32,000 nucleotides of DNA from Actinobacteria bacterium IMCC26256 (GCA_001023575.1 CP011489.1:2319747-2351746); one strand, 5' to 3'. Shown: positions 8,747-17,902, counted from the first letter of the stretch. Numbers and translations are program-made. Notes: a model not told the origin generated them from the sequence alone.

Positions 8747-10216
8747 CTACGCCATTGATTCCCACGCAGCAAGGGCCGTGGCGATAACTCCGTCAATGGT
8801 GTGCTCTGCTGCTTCGTGGCTTACGACCCAGCCCAGGCCAGTCGCTACCTCTGAGGTAATCGGGCCTATAGATATAACAGCGGGCTGCAAAGAAGGCACC
8901 CCGCCGAGGACCTCTGTGAGGTTCTTCACAGTGGAGCCAGATGTAAATGTGACTAGATCCACATCGCCATTGCGAACCTGCTCAAGAAGTGTGGGGTCTG
9001 GATCCGCACGAACTGTTCGGTATACATCGAGAATCTCAACCGAGTAACCGCGAGCCGCTAATCCATCTGGCAACACATCACGCGCCTCCTCGGCTCTCGC
9101 GATTAGTACGCGTGCTCCCTCTCCGGTCGGGTCAGGCATCGCCTCTAGTAGCGACTCTGCAACAAAGCGCTCTGGCAATAGATCACAGCGCAATCCGCGA
9201 GCGGCGAGTGATGCTGCAGTACCTGGCCCAATCGCTGCAACCCTAACTCCCCAGAACACGCGCGCATCTAGCCCTGCGACATCCATACCGTTCTCAAAGA
9301 ATCCATCTACTCCATTAGGTGAGGTGAAGATGATCCACTCAAGGCCACCTAACTCTGGAAGCGTTACCTCAAGCGGCTCGATCTTGATTGATGGCAACTC
9401 AAGTACAAGCGCACCAAGATTCTCGAGGCGCTCCCGTAGTGAACTGGCCTGCTCGCGAGCGCGTGTTACAACAATGCGAGCACCGAGAAGTGGGCGCTGC
9501 TCAAACCATGAGAAATCAAGGGCCGCTACCTCACCAACAATAATGGCTGATGGTGAGCGAATACCAGCATCGCCTGCCTCGCCGAGTGTGGTCCGCAGTG
9601 TCTGCTGCTCTGGGCGCGTTCCATAACGAACTGCAGCGACTGGAGTATCCGCACCTCGACCGCCAGCCATTAGGCGCTCTGCAATATCGCGAATGTGCGC
9701 GGCCCCCATGAGGATTACGACCGTTCCTCCGACTGCGCCGAGCGCCTCCCAATTCACATCAGTACGGCCCTTTGCAGGATCTTCGTGGCCGGTGACAATA
9801 GTGACGTGGGTCGATACATTGCGATGCGTAACTGGAATCCCTGCATAAGCAGCGGCTGCGATAGCACTTGTTACACCGGGTACGACCTCGAAAGGCACGC
9901 CTGCAGCGATCAAGACCTCTGCCTCTTCGCCGCCGCGGCCAAATACAAACGGGTCGCCACCCTTTAAGCGCACCACCTCGAGACCCTTCAGACCGCGGTC
10001 AACCAAAGTTGCGTTAATGCCGTCTTGATCCATAGCAACATTGCCAGGAGATTTTCCGACATCGACCAATTCGGCAGTGCGCGCAGCGAGTGCGAGTAAC
10101 GATGGGTGTGCAAGGCGGTCATAAACAACCACGTCAGCGATGCGCATAAGAGCAGCGCCTCGCTGTGTAAGCAGCCCGGGGTCGCCAGGTCCAGCTCCAA
10201 CTAAGTAAACGGTCAT
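8747..10216 (-). CDS. Bifunctional uroporphyrinogen-III C-methyltransferase / uroporphyrinogen-III synthase fusion
   Basis: 489 aa. The N-terminal SUMT domain starts VYLVGAGPGDPGLLT...VVRLKGGDPFVFGRGGEE. The C-terminal HemD-like half starts around ARIVVTRAREQASSLRERLENLGA. Overlaps hemC by 4 nt. Confidence 0.9.
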   Translation of the reverse strand: MTVYLVGAGPGDPGLLTQRGAALMRIADVVVYDRLAHPSLLALAARTAELVDVGKSPGNVAMDQDGINATLVDRGLKGLEVVRLKGGDPFVFGRGGEEAEVLIAAGVPFEVVPGVTSAIAAAAYAGIPVTHRNVSTHVTIVTGHEDPAKGRTDVNWEALGAVGGTVVILMGAAHIRDIAERLMAGGRGADTPVAAVRYGTRPEQQTLRTTLGEAGDAGIRSPSAIIVGEVAALDFSWFEQRPLLGARIVVTRAREQASSLRERLENLGALVLELPSIKIEPLEVTLPELGGLEWIIFTSPNGVDGFFENGMDVAGLDARVFWGVRVAAIGPGTAASLAARGLRCDLLPERFVAESLLEAMPDPTGEGARVLIARAEEARDVLPDGLAARGYSVEILDVYRTVRADPDPTLLEQVRNGDVDLVTFTSGSTVKNLTEVLGGVPSLQPAVISIGPITSEVATGLGWVVSHEAAEHTIDGVIATALAAWESMA

Positions 10217-11088
10217 TCCCCATCCTCCATCAAGAGTGCGCAGAGGCTTCTACCGAGGGCATCGGGGTCGCTTCCGACCCCTTTCGCTCGTCTGACCGAG
10301 GAGCCATCTTCTTGCGCCACCAAAGCCTGCATCGAGATCATCCCGCCAGACTTAATAGTTGCGTAGGCCCCAACAGGTACATCGCATCCGCCGCCAAGCG
10401 CTGCTAGAAAAGCGCGCTCCGCCTTAACTGCAAGATGGGCAATCGCATCGTCAATAGCTGCAAGAGCAACGAGTGCCTCTGCATCATCTAGCCGAGACTC
10501 AACTGCTAGCGCACCCTGCGCCACTTGGGGCAGCATCACCGATGGCTCCAAGCGTTCAGCGATGCGATCGCCTAGGCCGAGTCGATCAAGCGCTGCAGCG
10601 GCCACAACAATTGCATCGAAATCAGCGGCTTTACCAAGGCGAGTACCGATATTGCCGCGCAGTTCTCCGAACTCGAGGTCAGGGCGAATCGCTGCTAATT
10701 GCGAACGTCGTCGAACTGACCCAGTACCTATGCGCGCTCCTTGGGGAAGCTTCTCGAGTCGCGAGCCAACAAGAGCATCCCTAGCGTCTGCACGCTCTGG
10801 GACCGCCGCAAGGATCAAACCCTCCATGGTGATGGCCGGTAGATCCTTAGCCGAGTGGACTGCAAGGTCGGCCTCGCCGCGGAGCACAGCCTCTTGAACC
10901 TCTTTTACAAATACCCCGGTACCACCGATGGCGTGAATTGGGCTCGTCGTATCTTGGTCGCCGCGCGTCTCAATAATTACTAATTCGCTAGGTGAGGCAA
11001 GCATCTCCGCTACGCGCTCCGCCTGCCATAGGGCAAGAGCAGATCCTCGCGTCGCTATTCGTAGAACGCGATCCGATCCAGCGGTCAC
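10213..11088 (-). CDS. hemC: Hydroxymethylbilane synthase (porphobilinogen deaminase)
   Basis: 291 aa. LRIATRGSALALWQAERV, RGDQD, GTGSVRRRSQL, GNIGTRL and the cofactor-Cys region LGGGCDVPVGAYA. Confidence 0.95.
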   Translation of the reverse strand: MTAGSDRVLRIATRGSALALWQAERVAEMLASPSELVIIETRGDQDTTSPIHAIGGTGVFVKEVQEAVLRGEADLAVHSAKDLPAITMEGLILAAVPERADARDALVGSRLEKLPQGARIGTGSVRRRSQLAAIRPDLEFGELRGNIGTRLGKAADFDAIVVAAAALDRLGLGDRIAERLEPSVMLPQVAQGALAVESRLDDAEALVALAAIDDAIAHLAVKAERAFLAALGGGCDVPVGAYATIKSGGMISMQALVAQEDGSSVRRAKGVGSDPDALGRSLCALLMEDGE

Positions 11089-11124
11089 GCTCTTAGCCCC
11101 GCGATACTTTTGGTCCCCGTCATC

Positions 11125-12411
11125 TCAGGACTTAGGCTCTTCGCCCGGCTCTTCAATATCAAAGAGCGCAGCGACTGCATCGGCCAAGAGTTCGCCGCGC
11201 GCGCTTCCGGCTGAGTCTTTAAGGCGCTGCGTTGGGTCGTGTAGAAGTTTGCTAACGATTGATTTTGTGAGTGCCTCAACGCTTGCTCGCTCCTCATCGG
11301 ATAAGCCAGCAAGGCGAGACGACGATCGCGCCAACTCGTTGTTACGCACTTCCTCGCCGCGCTCGCGTAACGCTGTAATCAAGGGGACAACAGTGCGCAT
11401 AGTGCGGTCAAGCTGGAAGCGCTCAAGCTCCTCCATCAGAATGCTCTGGACCTTTGGAACTTCACGTCGGCGCTCGTGGAGGGACGCGTCGGTAAATGCC
11501 TTCAGACTGTCCATATCAAAGAGGGCGACACCAGCGATAAGGCCAACGCCAGGATCAACATCGCGAGGAACTGCCACATCAACAACCACTAGGGGTCGCC
11601 CAGCCCGAACATCCATTACAGCCTCGATGTCTTGGCGCTCTACGTGGACCTCAGTTGAGTCCGTAGCGGTGAGCAAGAGGTCAACGCTGGCGAGCACATC
11701 GCCGACCTCCGCAAGCGTCACCGAGCGCCCACCTACGCGCGCTGCTAATTCAACTGCGCGCGCATGTGTGCGATTTGCGACCGCAACATCAGATACACCC
11801 GCAGCCGCAAGAGCTCGTGCCATTCCTTGTGCGACATCACCTGCACCAAGAATTAGCACTGAGCGATTATCTAGCGTGCCTAGGTGCTGCTCCGCTAGGG
11901 ATACAGCGGCAGAGGAGACAGAGAGAGTGTTGCGGCTGATTGATGTCTCGGATCGAGCGCGCTTGCCAGCCTCAATGGCGTGGCGAAAAACTCGATCTAG
12001 AAGCGGGCCAGAGGCTCCTTCTTTCTCGGAGAGCATCCATGCCTCACGAACCTGGCCAAGAATCTCTCCCTCACCAACAATCATTGAGTCGAGACCTGCC
12101 GCTACCCGAAATAGATGCGCAACTGCACCGTCGTCGTAATAGGTATATAGATGCTCTGCAAAATCATCTGGCTCGAGTGATGCTTGATCGGATAAGAAAT
12201 CCTGCACATCAGATACACCATTGTGAAACTTTGTACAGCGCACGTAGATCTCGGTGCGATTACAGGTTGAGAGAAGTACGACCTCAGCAAGGTGGTTACG
12301 GCTCGCCAGGTCATGAATCGCTTTGACAACACGAGACGCCGGGACAGCGACTCTCTCGCGCATCTCAACGGGCGCGGTATTGTGATTGAGGCCAACAACA
12401 ATCAACGACAT
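11125..12411 (-). CDS. hemA: Glutamyl-tRNA reductase
   Basis: 428 aa. MSLIVVGLNHNTAPVEMRERV, the active-site motif LSTCNRTEIY, and the NADPH-binding motif ILGAGDVA. Confidence 0.95.
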   Translation of the reverse strand: MSLIVVGLNHNTAPVEMRERVAVPASRVVKAIHDLASRNHLAEVVLLSTCNRTEIYVRCTKFHNGVSDVQDFLSDQASLEPDDFAEHLYTYYDDGAVAHLFRVAAGLDSMIVGEGEILGQVREAWMLSEKEGASGPLLDRVFRHAIEAGKRARSETSISRNTLSVSSAAVSLAEQHLGTLDNRSVLILGAGDVAQGMARALAAAGVSDVAVANRTHARAVELAARVGGRSVTLAEVGDVLASVDLLLTATDSTEVHVERQDIEAVMDVRAGRPLVVVDVAVPRDVDPGVGLIAGVALFDMDSLKAFTDASLHERRREVPKVQSILMEELERFQLDRTMRTVVPLITALRERGEEVRNNELARSSSRLAGLSDEERASVEALTKSIVSKLLHDPTQRLKDSAGSARGELLADAVAALFDIEEPGEEPKS

Positions 12412-13013
12412 GCTCTAAATGCCTCCTTGGCTGCGTCTATGCGGCCCATTCGTACGTCCTCAAGGATTCCCGAATCCAGCGCCCGTCGCCAATCGAGGCT
12501 CTCAGTTGGAAGGCCTAGGGCCTTCTGCTCCTCGCGTATCTCGGCCATCACATCTAGAAGCGTCTCATACTCGGGCCCAAACTCTTCAGATAAGCGGTCT
12601 TTTAGCCATGCAGCCAAAGCAGGGCTGCGCCCGCCTGTACTCAAAGTGAGAAGAAGGTCACCTCGACGGAGCACCGTGGGGATACTGGCGGTAGATGCGC
12701 TCGGGTCATCGGCTGAGGCCACCCATACCCGCCGCTCAGTTGCGCATCGCGCTACCTCTTGGTCCACTTGAAGATTCCCAGTAGCGCTCAGTACCAACCA
12801 GACACCATCAAGGTCTTGGGGGGCGAAGCCGCGACGATGCCACGTAATCAACCCTCTCTCGGCCATAGATGCCATCTCAGGGCTCGCATCAGGTGCGATT
12901 ACCTGAATATCCGCACCGGCATCTAGTAACGCTGTGAGGCGCCTAGTAGCGATACGCCCACCCCCCACGATGACGCAGCGCCTGCCCTCAACTACTAGCC
13001 CAACCGGATACAC
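12402..13013 (-). CDS. Precorrin-2 dehydrogenase / sirohydrochlorin ferrochelatase-like protein (SirC / CysG N-terminal domain type)
   Basis: Rossmann motif CVIVGGGRIATRRLTALLDAGADIQVIAPD. The start is uncertain. The longest ORF reaches 13163 but would then abut the divergent ATG at 13164 with no intergenic space. GTG 13013 gives the typical MYPVGLVVEGRR N-terminus. ATG 13103 is another option. The stop overlaps the hemA start by 10 nt. Confidence 0.75.
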   Translation of the reverse strand: MYPVGLVVEGRRCVIVGGGRIATRRLTALLDAGADIQVIAPDASPEMASMAERGLITWHRRGFAPQDLDGVWLVLSATGNLQVDQEVARCATERRVWVASADDPSASTASIPTVLRRGDLLLTLSTGGRSPALAAWLKDRLSEEFGPEYETLLDVMAEIREEQKALGLPTESLDWRRALDSGILEDVRMGRIDAAKEAFRACR

Positions 13014-13077
13014 GTGGTGGACGGGTCGGGGGTTATCCCCAAGCGGTGACTCAATATCAGCACCGATATCTGCCTGC

Positions 13078-13113
13078 TTTTCATCGCCCTTTTCATCGCC
13101 CATTTCATCGCCC
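13078..13113. repeat. 12-nt x3 tandem repeat (TTTTCATCGCCC, TTTTCATCGCCC, ATTTCATCGCCC)
   Basis: Read directly. On the minus strand it would encode GDEM/GDEK/GDEK if the long sirC-like start were used. Confidence 0.9.
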
Positions 13114-13163
13114 ACACCCCCGACGGTACCCCCAAGTGCGCTTGGGTTTACGCTCAAGGCCAA

Positions 13164-13871
13164 ATGGAAGCCTTCCTCGCCTTCATAGCCACTGTGGTGG
13201 CCACCCTTTTCGCTCAGGCGACGCTTGCGCGCGCCACTAGAAATCGCAGCCCGCAGGATGGCGCCTGGGCATTTGCACTAGCAACATTCGCCCTCGCCTC
13301 CGCTGCACTCTTCATTGGAGTGACCACCGGCTGGGACAATGGAACCTTCCGAGCCTTCTACTTACTTGGGGCGATTCTCTCGGTTCCATGGCTTGCGCTA
13401 GGGACGATTTACTTAATTCACGGCAACAAAATCGGGCGCAGAGTGCAGTGGTGCCTAGTTGCATTTAGTGGAATGGCTCTCGGGGCAATGCTCACATGTG
13501 CAATTGCCCCAGGCATTTCTGGTTCAGCCATTCCGGTCGGTAAAGAGGTCTTGCCTGTACTGCCGCGCGTCCTTGCTGCATCTGGGAGCGGCCTAGGCGC
13601 ACTCGTCATAATTATCGGTGCGGCTATCTCCGCTATTAGGTGGATGCGCGAGCCCGGCCCTGTAGCGCGACGTCGAGCTATAGCCAACATGTTCATAGCG
13701 CTCGGAACACTCATCCTCTCGGGCGGTGGCCTCATTCAAGGGATCGTAGGTAAGGACACCGCGTTCGTCGTTTCGCTTGCGCTCGGCATCTCTGTTATCT
13801 ACGCGGGCTTCCTAGTTGCATCAGGCGCAGGCCGAGAGCCAAAACAGCGTGAGGCTTTAACAGGTACCTAG
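13164..13871 (+). CDS. Hypothetical polytopic membrane protein
   Basis: 235 aa, ATG start, about 6-7 hydrophobic helices (e.g. AWAFALATFALASAALFIGV, LGALVIIIGAAISAI, FVVSLALGISVIYAGFLVA). No family recognised. Confidence 0.6.
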   Translation: MEAFLAFIATVVATLFAQATLARATRNRSPQDGAWAFALATFALASAALFIGVTTGWDNGTFRAFYLLGAILSVPWLALGTIYLIHGNKIGRRVQWCLVAFSGMALGAMLTCAIAPGISGSAIPVGKEVLPVLPRVLAASGSGLGALVIIIGAAISAIRWMREPGPVARRRAIANMFIALGTLILSGGGLIQGIVGKDTAFVVSLALGISVIYAGFLVASGAGREPKQREALTGT

Positions 13872-15331
13872 AGAGTAAGCGCGCGTCGCAGTAGTTTCCC
13901 AGCCTCGCTACGCGGCAATTCGTCTACAAATGTAAACTTGCTAGGAATCTTGTAACGAGCGAGTCGAGAACCAACATGGCGACGAAGTGCCTCGAGATCA
14001 ACCCTCTCTCCCGTCTTGAGCACAACCCATGCCCCGACTCCTTCTCCGGTGCGTTCATCAGGAATAGCGGCTACTGCACAATCAACAACACTTGGGTGAG
14101 TTCGCAGAACATCCTCGACCTCGGCCGGATAAACATTGAAGCCAGAGACGATTATCAAGTCTTTAAGCCTGTCGACAAGACTTAAGTATCCATCTGCATC
14201 TGCAACTGCAACGTCTCCCGTGTGCAGCCAACCATCGGTGAGCACGCGCTGTGTGGCTTCCGGGTCTCCCCAGTAACCCGCGAAGACATTTGCGCCGCGA
14301 ACCCAGATCTCTCCAGGGTCACCGGCAGAGACATCAATACCATCAAGGCCAACCAAGCGAACCTCTACACCTGGGACACTCGGACCAATTGAACCGCTAC
14401 GAGCCTCACCACCCGATGCAGTACTTGTAACGATCGGTGATGCTTCTGTCAGTCCGTAGCCCTCGTGAATGGTCACGCCATAACGCTGCGTAAACGCGGT
14501 TGAGGATTTAGCGGAGAGCGTTGCGGCGCCAGATACCGCTAAACGCACTGATCCGAGATCATCACCTAAATCGCTATCAGCCGAAGTAAGCGCGTCAAAC
14601 ATCACCGGCACGCCCGCAACAACAGTGATCGAGTGGCGCTGGATTAAACGAAGTGCCTCGGCAGCTGTAAATGGATCGATCAACACGACTGTGCCACCAG
14701 CAACGAGGGTGACACCAAGCACAACATTCAAACCAAATACATGGAAGAACGGCAGTGCTCCGAGTGAGAGATCATTCGGTGTGATCGCGAGCCCGCTGTC
14801 ATCAAGGACTTGTTTTATATTCGAGGAGAGGTTCGCGTGAGTAAGCATCGCGGCTCGCTGCGCACCAGCCGTTCCTGACGTATAAAGCAACACAGCGACA
14901 TCGCTATCTTCACGCTCAACAAGACCGCTAGAGGACAGCGTCGCGGGCTGAGCAGACTCCATAAGCGCATCAAAAGCAACTGCACCGACCATACCTAGGT
15001 GGATGCTGCCCGCTCGCCCACAGACCAATATTTTGGCGCCGACATGCTCAAGCTCCTCCGCTACTGCAACAGATGGAGAGTGTGGGTTTAATGGAACAGC
15101 AATGGCTCCGACCCAGAGAGCGCCAAGATAGGCGACGATAAAGGCAAGATCGTTGCCGCTAGCGATAGCAACACGATCGCCAATCCCGACCCCAGCAGCG
15201 CTTAACGCTCCCCCAAAAATTGAAGCAAGGCCTCGCAGCTCTAAGGCCGTTACATAGCGATCGCCTTCAATAACAGAGATGGATTCTGGGCGACTGTCAG
15301 CCGAGGCGAGGAGGAGCGCTGCAAGGTTCAC
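13868..15331 (-). CDS. AMP-dependent acyl-CoA synthetase / long-chain fatty-acid-CoA ligase (FadD-like)
   Basis: 487 aa. AMP-binding motif LLYTSGTAGAQRAAMLTH, YGLTE, GWLHTGD, and the C-terminal lysine motif SEAGKLLRR. Confidence 0.9.
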   Translation of the reverse strand: MNLAALLLASADSRPESISVIEGDRYVTALELRGLASIFGGALSAAGVGIGDRVAIASGNDLAFIVAYLGALWVGAIAVPLNPHSPSVAVAEELEHVGAKILVCGRAGSIHLGMVGAVAFDALMESAQPATLSSSGLVEREDSDVAVLLYTSGTAGAQRAAMLTHANLSSNIKQVLDDSGLAITPNDLSLGALPFFHVFGLNVVLGVTLVAGGTVVLIDPFTAAEALRLIQRHSITVVAGVPVMFDALTSADSDLGDDLGSVRLAVSGAATLSAKSSTAFTQRYGVTIHEGYGLTEASPIVTSTASGGEARSGSIGPSVPGVEVRLVGLDGIDVSAGDPGEIWVRGANVFAGYWGDPEATQRVLTDGWLHTGDVAVADADGYLSLVDRLKDLIIVSGFNVYPAEVEDVLRTHPSVVDCAVAAIPDERTGEGVGAWVVLKTGERVDLEALRRHVGSRLARYKIPSKFTFVDELPRSEAGKLLRRALTL

Positions 15332-15383
15332 GGGTATGGAGTCTCGCAGACTTTTGTCGGTCGCGCCTCTATGAATAACGGGA

Positions 15384-16124
15384 TTAAAAATTTGGCTGCT
15401 GTGACGCTAGGTAGCGGACATAATTCGAGGAAGGGTTAGCGAGAACTTCTTGAATGCTCCCTTGATGAGTAATTGCACCGGCCTCAAGGACAAGCACGCT
15501 GCTAGCCAAGGCAATCACATCGACTAAATCGTGGGTGACGATGATCCTCACACCCTCGAATCCCTCCAACGCCTCGCGCAGCGTCGCTCGGGTATCACTG
15601 CGCGTTGAGGCATCAAGGGAGGAGAGCGGCTCGTCAAGAAGCAGCATTCTCGGCTCATGTACAAGAGCTCGCGCCAAGGCAACGCGCTGTGCTTCGCCAC
15701 CGGAGAGCAGGCTTGGACGTAACTCTGCCTTATCGAGAACGCCTAGCGCATCCATCTTTGCAAGCGCGCTCATATGTGCATCTCGCCTTCTTATGCCACG
15801 AGCCTCGAGTGCAAATGCCACGTTTTGAACCGCACTCAGATGCGGAAAGAGTGCGAGGTCCTGAAAAACAATGCCGGCATTGCGTTGCTCCGGGGGAACG
15901 AAACGATCCTCGCTCGCGCAGAGGGTGCACTGATCAAGAACACCTCCATCAAGCACGATCCTGCCCTCATCAATTGGCTGCAGGCCTGCCAGCATCCGAA
16001 TGAGAGTTGTCTTGCCCGCACCATTGGGGCCAAGGATCGCGATTGTCTCACCCTGGTCTGCATCGAATTCGACATCCATGTCAAGAGTGCCGAAACGCAA
16101 TTTAACCTGCACCTGAAGACTCAT
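15384..16124 (-). CDS. modC: Molybdate ABC transporter ATP-binding protein (short form, no TOBE domain)
   Basis: Walker A GPNGAGKTT, signature LSGGEAQRVALARAL, Walker B LLLDEPLS. The true start is taken as ATG 16124 (MSLQVQVKL), which forms an ATGA overlap with the modB stop. The 313-aa longest ORF is an overextension into modB. Confidence 0.85.
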   Translation of the reverse strand: MSLQVQVKLRFGTLDMDVEFDADQGETIAILGPNGAGKTTLIRMLAGLQPIDEGRIVLDGGVLDQCTLCASEDRFVPPEQRNAGIVFQDLALFPHLSAVQNVAFALEARGIRRRDAHMSALAKMDALGVLDKAELRPSLLSGGEAQRVALARALVHEPRMLLLDEPLSSLDASTRSDTRATLREALEGFEGVRIIVTHDLVDVIALASSVLVLEAGAITHQGSIQEVLANPSSNYVRYLASQQPNF

Positions 16125-16927
16125 CGAATTGCTCCAATCCAGCGCGCGCGAAGTGTGACTAGAACAACAACGCAGATCAAAACAAGTAACAGGCTCAACG
16201 CAATCGCAACATCTGGGCTTGAGTCCAAGAGCAGGTATACAGCAAGCGGCACTGTGCGCGTGCGCCCCTGAATATTTCCAGCAAAAGTTATTGTCGCTCC
16301 AAACTCCCCTAGCGCACGGGCCCACGCGAGTGCGAGACCAGCCGTTAGTGATGGCGCGAGCAGGGGCAGAGTGATACGCCGCATTACAAAACCACGCGAT
16401 GCCCCGAGGGTGCGTGCTGCTTCTTCGTTACGACGGTCGAGACCACGTATCCCTGCCTCCACCGCAAGAACCAAAAAGGGAAGTGCGACAAAGGCCTCTG
16501 CGAGTACAACTGCAATTGGGGTAAAAGTGATTCGCAGCCCGAGAACGTCTAGGGCCCCCCCAAACATTCCATTACGCCCAAAAGCAGCGAGGAGGCCTAC
16601 CCCAGCGACAACAGGCGGTACAACAAGTGGGAGCAAGACAAGGCCGCGAATAATCGCACGACCACGAAACTCAACTCGAGCGAGGACCCATGCAAGGGGA
16701 AGTCCAAGAAGCGCTGCAAGAGAGGTCGCCCCGAGTGAGCAGAGAAGCGAGAGTCTCAACGCTGATCGGGCCTCAGGAGTAGTCAAATCGCTCAAGAGCC
16801 GTGACCACGCGACCTCACGCATCAGAGCAATGATCGGCATGGCAACAAAGAGCACCGCTAGTAGCGAAAGCCCGATTGCAATGCGTGATGGAGACTCGAT
16901 TCTTCTGCGCCCTTCCCCTTTTTTCAT
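16121..16927 (-). CDS. modB: Molybdate ABC transporter permease
   Basis: 268 aa, CysTW/ModB-type permease. EAA-loop region EEAARTLGASRGFVMRRITLPLLAPSL and FGATITFAGNIQG, typical of ModB. Overlaps modA by 4 nt. Confidence 0.88.
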   Translation of the reverse strand: MKKGEGRRRIESPSRIAIGLSLLAVLFVAMPIIALMREVAWSRLLSDLTTPEARSALRLSLLCSLGATSLAALLGLPLAWVLARVEFRGRAIIRGLVLLPLVVPPVVAGVGLLAAFGRNGMFGGALDVLGLRITFTPIAVVLAEAFVALPFLVLAVEAGIRGLDRRNEEAARTLGASRGFVMRRITLPLLAPSLTAGLALAWARALGEFGATITFAGNIQGRTRTVPLAVYLLLDSSPDVAIALSLLLVLICVVVLVTLRARWIGAIR

Positions 16928-17720
16928 GGTGTGCTGAACCCAGCCCGCAGAAGAACCCGTTTAGATGCCGTGCTCCCTAGATATCTTTGAAACGCCTTTG
17001 CCTCACTCAAGTGTTTAGATGAAAGCACCACCGCTGACGGATACCTAGCAACCAAGTTGAAGCGGTCAGCGATCTTGCGCGTCAGCACGCTCTTTCCTGC
17101 AGCACGCGCATCTGTCTTATAGACAATCGCAGCATCCGCATCCCCGAAACGCACAGCCCCGAGTGTGGATACTGCATCGGTGCCACGCGTTATCTGTGAC
17201 TCTTTAAGATAAACACCCGCATTTTCTAGGACGCGCTTCGCGTAGATACCACAGGGAACTGTCTCTGCGCACAAGGCAACAACCTCGGAGTCCATTAGAT
17301 CGTTAAGGCTACGTACCTCTGGCGATCGCGGTGAGACTATGAGCGTCATTTGGTTCTTCGCAAAAATTCGCGGGCGACTAATTTTCTTCGCAGATATCAC
17401 TCCACTAAGAGTCGCTAGATCGGCAGATAGCAAGACATCAACCTCGGCACCGCTCAAAACCTGCGATGCAAGCACGCTAGATGGCCCCGAATTGATCGCA
17501 ATTTTGACGCCTTTGTGCGAGGCAGAAAAATCTTTAGCTATCTCAGCGATTACAGATGCGGCGGATGAAGGCACGGAGACGGTCAAAGAGATGCTTCGCG
17601 ATCCTTGATCTGCAGAGATGCGCCCCTTGTCTCCCCCTCTGGACTCTGCATCACCTCCGCCTACGCCGCAGGCAGCGAATAACGCAGTGGAGAGGATCAA
17701 AACCCCAATCGCTTGGGCAT
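16924..17720 (-). CDS. modA: Molybdate-binding lipoprotein ModA; the 5' end is unresolved (possible 1-nt frame discrepancy, see findings)
   Basis: The body matches the ModA pattern (SLTVSVPSSAASVIAEIAKDFSASHKGVKIAINSGPSSVLASQVLSGAEVDVLLSADLATL). Lipobox LFAAC. In-frame ATGs lie at 17799 and 17820. The longest ORF, to 18048, overlaps the divergent gene and is not credible. The best RBS+ATG, at 17720, is out of frame by 1 nt. Confidence 0.8.
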
Positions 17721-17732
17721 GAAATCTCCTCT

Positions 17733-17752
17733 TAGGTATACGCGTATACCTA
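17733..17752. promoter_or_regulatory. Perfect 20-bp palindrome TAGGTATACGCGTATACCTA immediately upstream of the modA Shine-Dalgarno (candidate molybdate-responsive operator)
   Basis: All 10 base pairs checked by hand. On the minus strand it is followed directly by AGAGGAGATTTCATG. Confidence 0.45.
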
Positions 17753-17858
17753 GTTACCCCTGGATTCTCGGGCTTTTTCCAGAATCTTGAACGCTGCATT
17801 GGCCTTGACGATACCGGCATTAAAGGAACACGTGCGGAGCGCCGATACGAAACCCGTC

Positions 17859-17881
17859 GGGAAATCCAGAGTGGATTTCCC
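17859..17881. promoter_or_regulatory. Inverted repeat GGGAAATCCA-gag-TGGATTTCCC (10-bp arms) in the modA / CAP-gene divergent region
   Basis: Read directly. It ends 21 nt upstream of ATG 17903. Confidence 0.3.
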
Positions 17882-17902
17882 CTAGAGAACCGGGGGTGAG
17901 TT

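Noticed and set aside
11249-12139. 296-aa plus-strand ORF antisense to hemA, with similar long antisense ORFs at 16371..16937, 28082..28573, 8380..8787, 1827..2219 and 30495..31055
   Set aside because: These are Arg/Ser/Thr/Ala-rich low-complexity translations typical of shadow frames in GC-rich genes. Each is fully contained in a strongly supported gene on the other strand or in another frame.
16125-16325. N-terminal extensions of longest ORFs: modC to 16325, proC to 22104, modA to 18048, SirB1-like to 27598, HTH to 20232
   Set aside because: The extensions overlap neighbouring well-supported genes or add Cys/Arg-rich sequence without family features. Internal starts restore canonical N-termini and ATGA/GTGA couplings.
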